DNA of 64,000 bases from Oculina patagonica (Eukaryota): the NCBI RefSeq assembly GCF_052425735.1, contig NC_135769.1, forward strand, positions 9,176,001 through 9,240,000, given 5' to 3'. Made by a program: the position numbers and the translations under genes. Position 1 is the first letter of the stretch. Each line of letters opens with the position of its first letter. Below, one piece after another: positions 1-11,904 of this stretch. Under the pieces are notes generated by a model. That model saw nothing but the letters and a program-made list of their open reading frames with translations. It made no database searches and was not told the DNA's origin.

Positions 1-1624
1 CAGCACATTTTATTCTTCACTAATTCTCACCTATTGTCTCTTATTGTCGATTGCCAGATGGATCCTTGTCTTTTTTGGGAATCTCCTTTTTATAGTGCAC
101 CTCTGTGTTAAGATCTTAGTTTTTGTATAATCACTGGCGATCGCTTAGTAGCAAAGAAATTGGGAAGCCTGACCCCGATTTAGTTAATATTATTCAGTGT
201 ATTAACTTACTCGAACTTGATTTCAATAGAAAAAAGTATTGACAAATCAACCGAATTTAACAAAAATCGGATGAATGTTCGGCAAATTTCCACGCCGCAA
301 ATTTCCAGCGATAAACAGCAGAAAACATTGAAAATAGGGAAAGGAAAGGATTTAATAAAAACAGTTTTTGGGAACCATACCTACTGTAACCTACTCGATA
401 GTTTTTTCGATAGACGTTTCTTATACATGTAGTTCGATTTTAAATTTATAGGCGTATACTTTGAGTGAAACCGAAGTTGTAGTGACAGCGTCAATAGTAA
501 ACCTCGAAAACAATAAAAACAAAAACTTTTCCGCGATCAAAACACTCAAAAAAGGGAAGAAAAAACTCCGGTCAAAAAGCCTGGTTTTCCTGCGCAGCCA
601 GCGCTCCGCGAAAGGAAAATTGTTTTTCGCGGCCTCGGGGGGTTAATGAGTCTTTCCATCAGCATTAGCCGCCTTTGACCATAACTAAACCCACTGCTTG
701 GTATGTTTAAATTATGAATCAATTTACCTTATGGACAGATCCTGACGCCATCCTGAAGTTTTTCTTCCCTCTTGAGATTATTCTTTTGATTTTCAGCTTT
801 TTCCATTTGATGCTTGACACTATCCTGGAGAGAGGCAAATACAAATTTATATGAATACACATCCAGAGCCACTTTGAATTTTGCAAGATTTAGATGATAG
901 TTGTACCTGGCCATCCGCGGATTGTTTTAAATTTTTCCAAATATTCAACGAAGACTATGGGGTTTACCGAGCTCAATTTTAGTTGTAATCTCAAAAAGAT
1001 TAATATAAGAGTGTTTTGACAGATTATTCAGTTGTTATGGTAACCTGCTAAGTCAAGAAGATAATCATGAAATTCTCAAATGATTTAGCTTTGTACAATT
1101 CAATATTTTCACATAAAATGATTTACAAAGGATGATAGTACGGCAAATATATCGGGTTGCTTTCAGTATTAGAAAATATTGTACGTTTCAGGCAATTTCG
1201 GTGCTTGTATAAAAGACAAACGGCTTGTGTAGTAGACAAGTCAAAATATTGAGTAACTATTTCAATCATAATAATTGAAATCAATATTCCATAAATTGGC
1301 TCTCAATTTATCTTACGAAAGACCCACCCCAACGAATTGAGTAGTTTGCTAAGCCCTTGTTAATTTTCAATAACCAAGACGCTTGCATCTCATTCAAAAC
1401 GACAAACTAATATGAATTACAATTATCTTAATTCAATAAATGTACGACGATCTCACGATGCCAAAACTGAACAGCATTTGAGACACCTCTCTGCCGTGCC
1501 AATATGCATTTGATGGGTTAAATGTTGCATTCATTTCTCCCGCACACTTTAGTATTTTTAACTCTACTTCCACCGTGTTCAATACTTCAAACTTTAAAAA
1601 AAAAAACAGTTTTGCAACATACTT

Positions 1625-1831
1625 AGCCTGGTTTTCATAGCGACGCAAGCACAAGCGCAATCACGCAAAAAGGACAAATTTTGATCCTTGTGCTTGTGCT
1701 TCCCGCAAGCACAAGCACAAGCATAAAACTGCAATGCGCTTGTGCTTTTGCTTGAGTCGAAGCCGTTTTCACGGAGAAATAAGAGCTGTTATCCTTGCGC
1801 TTGTGCTTGCGTCGCTAGTGAAAACCAGGCT
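1625..1831. mobile_element. PIF/Harbinger-like MITE
   Basis: TIRs AGCCTGGTTTTCATAGCGACGCAAGCACAAGCGCAA / TTGCGCTTGTGCTTGCGTCGCTAGTGAAAACCAGGCT; internal GCACAA repeats; TTA-like flanks (imperfect TSD); related element at 43910-44128. Confidence 0.75.
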
Positions 1832-2672
1832 TTACCTTGTTTTGTCCGTAACTGAATAAATTCGCTTCTGAGTTGCCAGTTCGCAAATGCTGCACATGGT
1901 CTGTTTGTCCACGTAAGGTCTTCAAGTGCATTGACGAGTATTCAGGCGTTCGCTTCAATTTCAACTTCAGGAGACGTTAAAAATGTGACCACGAGGAACT
2001 GAAGAAAAAAATGCAAATTAGGTTCAAGATCAAAAATCACACTTCTATTTTTGCACGTGCAAACTGCATGGCAAGATTTCAGGGTCTATTGTTGTGTTGA
2101 ATTTATCTGGCGTCAGCAAAAATTAAAATGAATCTCCACTGGCCCTTCTAAACCGGAACAAGTTTTTGCAGACAGATCATTAACTCGAATGAACGAAGTG
2201 AAGGATTGACTGCAAAACTACGTCAAATTGTTAATGTAATGCATCTTAAGACTAGAATCAAACGAGCCACACAAGAAGTCGTTTGTGGTGTTAGTATCCC
2301 ATCAGAATAAGGTGACCCTAAACGCCGCGGTCAGATCCAAACATTGGAATTGAACAAGTTTTATCCAGGGTACGTTTGAGCCCTTTCGTGTTGTCATGGT
2401 AACTAATGTTGACTTCAAAATGGCCTCAATTTGTTTGTTTGTTAAGCTTCCGCAAACTGTCTATTCCGATAATTTCACGACTATGGATTTTATCTGGAGT
2501 AAGGATTTAAACTGTTCATTTTTCGGACAATCTTTAAGTCTCAGGTAATATCCTCCAATGAACCAGCCGCCCTAAAGGGTTTATTCACTAAAATACTCCT
2601 AAGTGGAAGAAGGCACTGCGAGCAAAGTGTCTTGCTCATTAGAACATAACACATTTTAATTTTGTCCTCTTT

Positions 2673-2906
2673 CAGGGCGCGGTTATTCACGAGTGTGGGT
2701 TGGTTAAGCTAATCCTTGAATTTGATTTCCAGTTTTGTTATTTTCAGTGAGGTTTTCTGTTTGTCCTCTAGTTTTGGCGTCGACTATTTTCAACTCCACA
2801 AAACATCAGCAATGAAAGACACTTTCATGAAAAGGAAATTAAAACCTCGACCAACTTTTAATCCTGGATTAGTCAAGTTATTCGGCTTTTGAACAACCCA
2901 GCCCTG
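2673..2906. mobile_element. MITE with CAGGGC...GCCCTG termini (GGTTGTTCAA-type family)
   Basis: Imperfect TIRs CAGGGCGCGGTTATTCAC / TTGAACAACCCAGCCCTG; same terminal motif as elements at 13551 and 29822; appears to interrupt a decayed SINE (~2570-2970). Confidence 0.6.
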
Positions 2907-3039
2907 GTCTTAACTCATCTCTCAACTCGGAGTCCCATGCACTTACCATTAAATAACTGCACCTCTCTCACACAGACATCCTCGAAGTGTCTGTAAATCT
3001 GTGTTCTGATTAATGCCCTGTGAGGCTTACTCTTTCTCC

Positions 3040-3700
3040 ATTCTGTTGCAGCTTAGCGTGCGAAGTCTCATAAAAGTAACAGAGTCAGTTCCGAGAAACT
3101 GACATCTCCCATACAGTGGTAATTCTTGTACTGAACTCACGAGCAACCCTCCACGAACTCAAGCATGAGTTTAGTTTGGTATTCAGTCGACTTGTCAGCG
3201 ATAAGTGTTCTCTACTGATGAACAGAGTGATGGTTTCAGAAACAGTGGGTTTAATTAAAAAAAAAAACTGGATCACCTGGTGTGCTTCAATTCCACTAGT
3301 GTCTTCAAGGGCATGTCTGTAGAAACATGTGACATACCGGTACATGGATGGATGCCTCTTTGTAGGTGCATCTCATTCTGATGTACTTGCAAGAGTAGTT
3401 TTCAGAATAGTCATGCATGTAACAAACATAATCTCGTGTCGTAAGTTAGCTACAGCTGTAACAGGTACTCGAGTTGCACAAGCCACCAGTTGGTATGATA
3501 TTGATGTGTAGGGAACCTGTTTAGTAGGTCCGTGCAATGGGGATGGCCACCATTTCTTCATCAAGCATCTGCAGGCTGTCCATTCCACATGAATCACAGT
3601 TCCTGCTGATACAAGCCTTGTCGTCATAAATGTACTTGTTATGTCCCTCTGCATTTTTTGCCTTTGCCTTTGTCGACCCTTAAAGGGGCGTCAGTTTTCT
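3040..3700 (-). pseudogene. Decayed DDE transposase remnant, Sola2-like
   Basis: Manual minus-strand translation across frameshifts gives ordered motifs ACISRNCDSCG, LLNRFPTHQY, MHDYSENYSC..QNE, EASIHV..TCFYRHA, EFVEGCS..QYKNYHCMGDVS, FYETSHAK; the D(F/Y)SENY / DG..QYK / F..SH.K pattern is recalled from Sola2-type transposases. Confidence 0.65.
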
Positions 3701-4310
3701 TTACCAGTTATCTTTGTTGATCCTACAGTAACAAAAATAATTGTTAACAATCTAGTTTTGCCTACCCACAGTATCATTGTAGATTTATAAAGGTTAGGTC
3801 ATCTTTGGAGGGGGAAGATAGCTTTTATTATAGAGGTGTATGGGCTTATAACAAAAAATAACTGAGGGGAGCATAAGAGCTTAACAGAACTTTTACTGTA
3901 TGGCATTCTTGGCTTGTGTATCATTTTCAAGAGTTAGAGTTCAAATTTTGAGTTAACGTTCAACATCGACAAAATGACCAAAGGACAAATTAAAAACTGT
4001 GTAAAAATGAAACCAAAGCAAGTTTTCTTCTTTCTGTTCTGGCGTATTGAAAATGCCTAATTTTGCGTAAAGTTTATCCTCCATAGTTGGCTCCTCCGGA
4101 CTTTTCAAAAATTAAACTCGCTGAAACTTTTAAACAATATTTTTGAAAACAGTTCCCCAAAAGGGTCTTTTTGACGAAACAAAAGAAAATTCCAATTTTC
4201 GGTTCTGTCGCGTGATTAGAGTCTGTGAAAACAAAAGAACGAAATTAAAGTGCCGTCTTATAGAAGCCAGTTAAATGCCAATTTGAAAAGGAAAGCGATG
4301 TGTGGACTAA

Positions 4311-4673
4311 GGCCCCGTCTACATTAATTTGAATAAATTGGAATAAGGAATAATTTGAAAAACGCCGTCTGAAATATTTTCCGTCCACACTGGTCCGGAC
4401 AAATTAAAAAACGCAACTGATTTGGTCAAAAACGGATAAACTGCGTTTTCAAATGCCTACTTTGAAGATCTTTTTCGAAGAGTTCCGTTTTCAAAATGTT
4501 TTTCGTCCACACCAAAACGCAAAGCCGGCGTTTTCAAATTAATCCACTTTAAAGACCGTTTTCGAAAAGCTCCGATTTCGGTGGACAATTTATCTGGATA
4601 AATGTGACGGTTGGCCAAACCGGCGAAAAAAAGATACGTTTTCAAATTCATCCGGATTAGTGTGCACTGGGCC
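4311..4673. mobile_element. PIF/Harbinger-like (Tourist-type) MITE
   Basis: TAA on both sides (4308-4310, 4674-4676); TIRs GGCCCCGTCTACATTAAT / ATTAGTGTGCACTGGGCC; internal CGTTTTCAAAT and CGTCCACAC repeats. Confidence 0.8.
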
Positions 4674-5101
4674 TAAAACATTTTTCGAGTCGTGAAAATC
4701 GCGGGCCAATCCAATCTCGTATTCACTCTGCATTTGCATTATTAATTAACTTTCGCTCGAGTCTGCCACTCGGCTGTGTAAGAGAAGGCGATTGCGCCAG
4801 TATATAATTAATTTTATATTAAATAACAATAGGAAATAGACACACCATCATCGAGATAAGCTGACAGTCCTTTCAGGAGCACGATATTATTTTTTAAGCA
4901 ACAACCTTTGAACACCTGGATGTTTTACATGTAAATTAAAACTTTTGTCGGAAACCACAAGTGTTTTAAATAACTGTTCATATTCAACAGCTTCACATTT
5001 CTGTTGTCCTTACGACAGCTTTTATACTTATAGTTGGAACTAAAATGACTTAAAGAACATCGCTGGTTGAAAGGTAAACTAACAAATAATATTTAATCAC
5101 C

Positions 5102-5109
5102 TATAAAAG
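5102..5109 (+). promoter_or_regulatory. Candidate TATA box of the class C GPCR gene
   Basis: TATAAAAG ~150 bp upstream of the ATG at 5254; motif only. Confidence 0.3.
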
Positions 5110-5253
5110 CCATGGCGAACCGGAGAAATTTTACGAAACTGACTTTATTTTCAGGCCTTTAATGATTTTTTTCTCAAAACACAGACCTCCTTCGCGCGAA
5201 GACAACAATAAATAAATAAAGTCAACGTGTTACCGACTGGTTTAATTCTGAAG

Positions 5254-7797
5254 ATGAGTCGAAACAAGAATCCACCTCACTATTTGGTTATTTCTTGCCT
5301 GTTCTGGATCGCCGCTGTGCAAGCACCGAACAGGGAAGGGCATTTTGTAATCGGTGGACTTTTCCCTGTTAATTTCCAAGCAAAGCAAGGAGGCCAATGC
5401 GGTGAGTTCAATACAAAGGGATTGGGTCGTGCCCTATCCATGATTTTCGCGATCGAAAAGCTTAACAATGATTCAAACATACTTCGAAACATAACTCTTG
5501 GCTACGACATAAGGATTTATTGTGAAAATGTCACAGACGCAGTACGGTTAACTTACGACTTGGTAAAGGACAGGTGCTGCAAGAACCAAGCAAGAATGGA
5601 AATGGGGAAAAAATCGATCGTGGCATTAATCGGACCAGAGGAATCTTCCACAGCACTTGCCATAAGTGGATTCCTTCAGGTTTTTAATGTATCAGGCATC
5701 AGCGGAACAACAACGAGTCCCGAGCTGAGTAGAAATTTTAATAATTTCTATCGAACAGTGCCCTCGGATTCTTTTCGTGTAAAAGCGATGGCCGACATCA
5801 TAGAGCACTTCAACTGGACTTATGTCGCCGCTGTGGGTATCTATAATTCGTATGGTAGAAGTGGAGTGTGGGGACTAGTTGAAGAAGCTTGGGAGAGAAA
5901 TAACTCTTTCTGCATAGCTATGACAGAACTCATAACCAACGAGTTTCCGCGCATTAACGATGTTGTTACAAAGCTAAGGTGGCGCGAAAACATCAAAGTT
6001 GTCGTCTTGTGGCTTTACGGTAGCGTTCAAAAAATGTTTTTCAGGGAAGTTAGTAGACAAAAACTCTCTGGACGAGTTTGGATTCTAAGCGAGGTAACGT
6101 TTTCGTCAAACGAGAACTTTTTTCCTCGTTCGGGCTTCTCCCCGCTTCATGGGTCCATAGCCTTTCAACCTCACGATTTCTACGATGGAGGTTTTAGGCA
6201 ACATTTGAAAGCCTTACTTGCTAATGAAGCTGGAGAGCCAAACTTTCCGGAATTGTGGAGCAAGATTAAGGAGTTGAAACAGAACTGCTCATCCCCTAAG
6301 GAAAGCGACATTCATCTCTTCAATAACCAAAGCAAAACGTGCCTTGATGACATTGTTAACGACATGTACAGCTCCTACATTCCATACATCATCGACGCTG
6401 TATATTCCGTGGCACACGTTCTGAATATCTTAACTCAGAATGTCAACAAAACTGCAGACAGTAGCCAGAAAAAACTTGACACCAACCTTTACGACATGCA
6501 AATGCTGCTTTCCAAAGTAAACTTCACCGGGCTAACAGCAAAAATATATTTTGATGAATTTGGCGATAGGCGATCTGCTGCCTACGACATCGTGAATTTC
6601 CAACAAGTAGCTGATGCTAAGCTACTAAAACAAGTTGTAGTCTGAAAATGGGACGCCACTGAGCGGTTACATTTATACAAAAACATTTTTTGGAGCAATG
6701 AAGCAGGACGTTCGCCAAAATCTGAATGCTCGGACCTATGCTCAGCGGGAACCAGAACATCTATAACGTCGCCATGTTGCTGGCAGTGTGTCACTTGTCC
6801 TCGCGGCACCATCAGCCCGACTCCTGGTTCAAAAAGCTGTACTGAATGTCCCACAGGAAAACGTTCCAATGAAGCTAGAACAGCGTGTGTAGATTTGCCT
6901 TTGGCCAATTTGAAGTATTCTAGTACAGGGGGAATTGCAGTTATCGCATTTGGCGCCTTAGGTGTCATTGCCACCCTGTTTTCAATCGCTGTTATCTTTA
7001 GATTTTGGAACACTCCCATTGTCAAGGCATGCAACAGGAAACTGAGCCTTGCCCTCCTAACAACAATTCTTTTGCTGTTGTCTTTGGTGTTTATGAACCT
7101 CTTTGAGCCTACAAATACAATATGCAAGACCGTTTATCCCTGGCGGTACCTTACTTACAACCTGTGTCTTTCACTTGTGCTGATAAAAGTCTTGCGCATT
7201 TCTGTTGCTTTCAAAGTTCCTATAATACAAAATTTAACAATAATCTCTCTTACGGATAGAACGCAAGCGGTGATCGTTATGATTCTGTACAGTTTGCTAC
7301 TGCTCTTTTTACTGCCTTGGTTTCTCCTGGATCCACCCATCAATGAGAAACACATTTTTCCAGAAGAATATGCTTTCATTGAGTGCAAGGCCTATAGCAT
7401 GTTAGTTGGAAAAATCATTTTCTTTGTTACATGTTTTTTCGTTTTCTTGCACATGTCACTTTGCGCATTTTGCTGTTTTCAAGTTAGGAACATTCCAGAA
7501 AACTTTAGTGAGGCCAAGCGAATAGCATTCTCCATGTACATATTCTTCATTTCTTTACTAGCTTATCATCCGGTAGAGTTCTCCATGAGTGGATGGTATG
7601 TGACTGTCGTGGATTGTGTTACAACACTTTTAAGTGCTTACGGTTTCCTTTGTTGTATATTCTTGCCAAAAATATATATCATACTCTTTAGGCCGGACCT
7701 AAACACTTTAGCTAGCGTAGGTCACGAAGTAACTCAGTTCTCGTTTGGGTCAAGTTCCGTACATCCGAACCCAACCTTTGATAGCTCTATTCACTAA
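5254..7797 (+). pseudogene. Intronless class C GPCR (CaSR/mGluR/T1R-like) with one in-frame TGA at 6643-6645 (nonsense allele, recent pseudogene or base error)
   Basis: ORFs 5227-6645 and 6895-7797 are in the same frame and the intervening 6646-6894 is open. Signal peptide-like N-terminus; VFT motifs IGGLFPV, AIEKLNND..IL.NITLGYDI, ALIGPEESS, ISGTTTSPELS, YRTVPSD, HFNWTYV, IIDAVYSVAH; 9-Cys domain (SECSDLC..PCCWQCVTC..SCTEC..AC); 7TM with TPIVKA, RNIPENFSEAK, FLPKIYIILFRP. Confidence 0.9.
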
Positions 7798-7872
7798 GGC
7801 TGAACATAAACACAATGACATGTCACAAAGAGAATAGCTTGTTTTGATTAACTTGTTGAATTGTAAATAATA

Positions 7873-9178
7873 CCGCAAATGATCTAATAAACGCCCACTG
7901 TCAAATAAACGCCTCGTATCCAAATAAACACCCCCCTAAGGTGTAAAGTTTGTATTAGACGCCCCCCTCTTATAAACGCCCCATGTCAAATAAACGCCCC
8001 CTCCAAGAATCGCCTCAAAACCAAGGTAACGCTCCATAAAGTAAAATGATGCAAGTTATTTAGTTTTTTGCTTGACTCGGACATCGAAGAGGCCAATCAT
8101 GCCAACATGATTGTCCCCGATGACGATGAAGACATTGATATCGAACTGTGAACGACATCTTCAGGCTTTGCATTAGCGCAGAATAGATTAGTCTCTTACT
8201 CACAAACTCTGTTTTCTGTCTTACTCCGTGAGTAAACTACACGTCTTTTTTTTCTTATTTGTTTTGTTGAGGTTCTTTGAATTAAAGTGAAATAAACGCC
8301 TCTCTCTAATAAACAACTCATATCTATTTTACACCTCTCCTAGGACCGCTACTTAACAAATAGACTTCATTTTGCCGTGCGTCTGTTCAGTAATAGATCA
8401 CAGATGACGTCAAAATGTGGTATGAACAGAGAAGTGGCCCACGAGGCGCTAGCCGAGTGGGTCACTGATGTTCATACCACATTTTGACGTCTTCTGTGAT
8501 CTATTACTGAACAGACGCACGGCAAAATGAAATCTATTTGTTTTATATAATAACACAAGACTTCAGCACACTTCTGTGTGAGCAATGCTGCCGTACCAAT
8601 GAGCTAAGTTGTTTTGATTTCACTATTAAGTTTTCGTTAACACGAAGCATTGTTAATCCGATTGAATAAACAGAAAAATGGTCAATTGAAAGTCAATGAA
8701 AAAACTAACCTTTATTCCGATTTGGAAAGTTGTTCAAATCTGTAAGCATTAACCGAAGCGTTCAACCGCAATTCGTTTGTTTTCCGTGGCGTCGTCCAAC
8801 TGTACAACATCGGTCAAACTTTCATACAGATTTCGGATAATTTCTCGAATAATTCACTGTCTTCTTCAAGCTTGTTTCGCCCAGTTAAATGCTTCGAAAG
8901 GTGAACGATGCTTGGCGTATTTTTCTCACTGAAGATTTGTAATTAAGCTGAACTTTTTTGCTTTGTTGTGGCCCCGCAAGTTTGAAAAACTTTGCCGACA
9001 ACTCTGATTTGGACTATGAACTCTGATCACGCGCGCGAGTCACACCACCGCGTGACGTCATCCATGTGTCTGTCCTCTGATAGATCATAAGTAAGAACCA
9101 ATCAAAATGCGCGTAGAATTCAGGTTATTATATAAAATTTGATAGACGCCCCAGGCGTTTATTAGATCATTTCTACGG
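7873..9178. mobile_element. Tc2/pogo-like (TA-CCGTA type) non-autonomous DNA transposon containing a nested hairpin element
   Basis: TA flanks; TIRs CCGCAAATGATCTAATAAACGCC / GGCGTTTATTAGATCATTTCTACGG; multiple subterminal AATAAACGCC repeats. Confidence 0.8.
8353..9137 (+). mobile_element. Hairpin-capped element A (A-A'-B...B' architecture; Crypton/DIRS- or Helentron-like, unclassified)
   Basis: ~190-bp near-perfect hairpin 8355-8542 with loop CGAGGCGCTAGCCGAG; short IR TTTTATATAATAAC (8541-8554) / GTTATTATATAAAA (9124-9137); AACCAATCA at 9096. Confidence 0.75.
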
Positions 9179-9662
9179 TATTATAAATGATGAAGTGTTA
9201 GTCACGCAGACACAGATCCAAAGTTATCAGTTGTTTTGCCAAGTCTGCTTTATTAATTGCTTCATCTTGACAACACGTGGGTACATTAAACAACAAGATA
9301 TGAAATTAGTAAATTCAGCCTAGATTGGCCATAATAGCTCCTATATTTTAATATTCCAATAACAATGGACGTGGAACGTGTTCAAATTAAAGATATCGGA
9401 GAAAAACATATTGATCAGTGCACCTGCTAGCCTGTTTGTTCTTCATTCGATTTTCCCAATGTGTTTCGTGCAGTGTCTTGATATATTATTTACACAAACA
9501 TCCCACACCGTATCTTAATTTCCCACCCTTTACAAACAGGAAAACCTTTTAGCAACTACCGGTATAGCAGCATGTTAATTTTACTCCGTCTGTGGCCTTA
9601 CACTCGCTATCAATAAGGAAACTACACTGATGGTGACCAATATGAGTTTATCACACTGTCTT

Positions 9663-9826
9663 CAAGGCTGTGCTCTAAGAAAAATTACAAGGAGCGCAAA
9701 GGTTCCAAACTATAAGATCCAGGGTGCCCAGCATAAAGCTTATATGAAAGAAATAAGATTATCTTGGCGCCCAAAGACAAAAGTTAGTCGCCTGAGGCAC
9801 CCGGGCACCCTTAGAGCACAGCCCTG
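9663..9826. mobile_element. hAT-like MITE
   Basis: TIRs CAAGGCTGTGCTCTAAG / CTTAGAGCACAGCCCTG; only partial TSD (GTCTT). Confidence 0.6.
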
Positions 9827-10274
9827 GTCTTGCAGTTTTGTGGTTTGCTGGTGCTATGTTGTTGTTCGAGCCGCGTACAGGCAGAAAATACAGCGGATCA
9901 CGGATACCTGAGCGATTCCTGACTTTTCATGTCAGGTAGCTTTGATCGTAGATAGTAAAGAAGTTCAGATCACTTTGGTCAGCCTTCGTCGGTATGTAAG
10001 CGAAATTGTTGCGAAAACAAGCAATGAAACAAAACTTCTTACTTAAAAAATTGGCATAAAAACAACATCTACTGCTGTCGCAGTGATACATATGCCAGGG
10101 AGACATTAACTGTATTTGTTTGTAATAAAGGGAAAACTTAATAAAATAGACTTAACTCAGCTGTGATTCCCTGATCTAGTCCCTTTAAAGATACGAAATG
10201 TGCAAACCTAACCTTGGGAGACATTCATTCTATTTTATTAGTCACCATCGAATATCAATCTATTCAGGAAATTA

Positions 10275-11160
10275 CCGTAAAAACCCGCAGATAAGCCGCA
10301 CCTTTTTTCCAAAAATTTTCGCTCGAAAGCGGGGGTGCGGCTTATCTGCGGGAACATTCGGAAAAGGTGCCGTAAATTTTCGTTAACTGATGCTAATTTA
10401 TGGAAAATTATGTAAATAAACATAACATAAAACTACAAGAGAGCACCGGTCATTGCTTTTGCAAGTTTGACAGCTCCTATACTATTTGCAGTGTCGACAA
10501 TGGCCTATAACTTTAACAGTAATATTGATACTTTTACGAGCGAGAAAATACCACGAGTATTCACGAGTACGATGGCCAATTGTTTCTTTCTCATTTTGCA
10601 CTTTGATGGAAAATTTGTCGAACTGATTACGAAACTCTCTTTATGCAACAAGTTTATCTCCAATAGATGGCTCCCAAATCTCTTTAATTTGTCGATATGA
10701 TAGCCACGAAACCCGAACGCCTCCATCGCCATCTTGTTTTGCTTTACGTTCTCGCCCTAGTCCCATATTTCGCGTCCGATCAAATGCCTGGTTACTAAGC
10801 TACGAACGTTCTGCAAACGCGTGTTCTTGTTGTTGTGACACAAAAATCTATGGAAAAACTGCGTTGAATGAAGAAATACCTGTCAACAAATGCCAGAAAA
10901 AGATCACTCATAATATGTCAAAGTTGGTTTTCATTATATTAAAGAGCTCAAATTGTGGGTAAGACTGAAGTATTTTCTGTTTCAATGTTCATTGAGTTTA
11001 CGTTCGATGATGAAGACTTCCTAAAGACTCAACTTTGGATTTTTGACTCGACTTTGGATTTTCTTTGATTTACTTTCAAAAAACTTTTTTCCAACATTTG
11101 AGTTGTTAAACTCGGGGTGCGGCTTATCTGCGGGTGCGGCTTATAGGCGGGTGTTTACGG
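10275..11160. mobile_element. Tc2/pogo-like non-autonomous DNA transposon
   Basis: TA flanks (10273-4, 11161-2); TIRs CCGTAAAAACCCGCAGATAAGCCGCACC / GGTGCGGCTTATAGGCGGGTGTTTACGG; repeated GGTGCGGCTTAT subterminal motif. Confidence 0.85.
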
Positions 11161-11272
11161 TAATAGGTAATGGCACTGCTCTAGGGGGTCATGACTGCAT
11201 TCCTAATTGACAAATTTTGTGAATCACATCCATGAATCAAATAATTAAGCTTTTCTGTTATCATGTATTTCT

Positions 11273-11485
11273 GAGCAACCCTCCAAGTCAATTTTTTCCT
11301 TAGTGGCCATTTGGCCACCGACTGCTCTAGTTTGGTTGCCAGTGAAAAATTTTAGTCACTCATGCTTTCAATCCTTCTTCTTAATTTTAGTTGCCAGGCT
11401 GGCAACTTCTAATCCAATTTAGTCACCAGCTCCGAAATTTTAGTCGCCATGGCGACTAAAATGGTCTTTACTTGGAGGGTTACTG
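11273..11485. mobile_element. hAT-like MITE
   Basis: TIRs GAGCAACCCTCCAAGT / ACTTGGAGGGTTACTG; internal TTTAGTCGCC-type repeats. Confidence 0.6.
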
Positions 11486-11788
11486 AGGATTGTAAAAACA
11501 TTTGTTTTTGTTCTGTGATTTGTGAAAAGCAAATTAAAAATTAAGTTCCATTCTCCCCCTTGCCTTCCCCTCCACTTTGTACCCACAAGCACTTACCTTC
11601 CATGATAAGGAGAAGTCTGCCATTCTGCAACAATTTGTAGATTACATGTACTTGAGTACATGTAGAACATGTGTCAGAAAGTATTGAGAACCAGGATGTT
11701 TATTCAGCTGCAAAAGCAAAAACGATTAATACAATGTGATTGAATGCTACATGGCAATCTAATTAAACTGCAAAAAAGTATATAGCGG

Positions 11789-11904
11789 ATAATACATGGT
11801 TGTTTGGAGATATGAAATTTATCTTTGAGTGTGCAAATCGAGATTATCATATCGATTCCAACACAAGAAGAGAAATTTCATATCTCCAAGCAACCATGTA
11901 TTAT
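11789..11904. repeat. Long hairpin, probably a decayed relative of the hairpin-capped elements
   Basis: Arms ATAATACATGGTTGTTTGGAGATATGAAATTT / AAATTTCATATCTCCAAGCAACCATGTATTAT; distal short IR not found. Confidence 0.6.

Noticed and set aside
130-646. Possible transposon end (GCGGCCTCGGGGGG-TTAA at ~629-646)
   Set aside because: Only one terminus is visible and no partner TIR was found in the window
6643-6645. Selenocysteine recoding of the TGA
   Set aside because: The homologous residue is Gly (VGxW), not Cys; no SECIS recognised; the downstream hairpin belongs to a mobile element
6582-7127. 181-aa antisense ORF and other ORFs overlapping the GPCR and Zic CDSs
   Set aside because: Shadow frames of real coding sequence with no recognisable motifs
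6895-7797. 300-aa ORF as a separate 7TM gene
   Set aside because: Starts at a TTG; it is the in-frame continuation of the upstream VFT ORF through an intact Cys-rich domain
8355-8542. Long hairpins (also 30402-30586) as miRNA precursors
   Set aside because: Better explained as parts of mobile elements; no expression evidence
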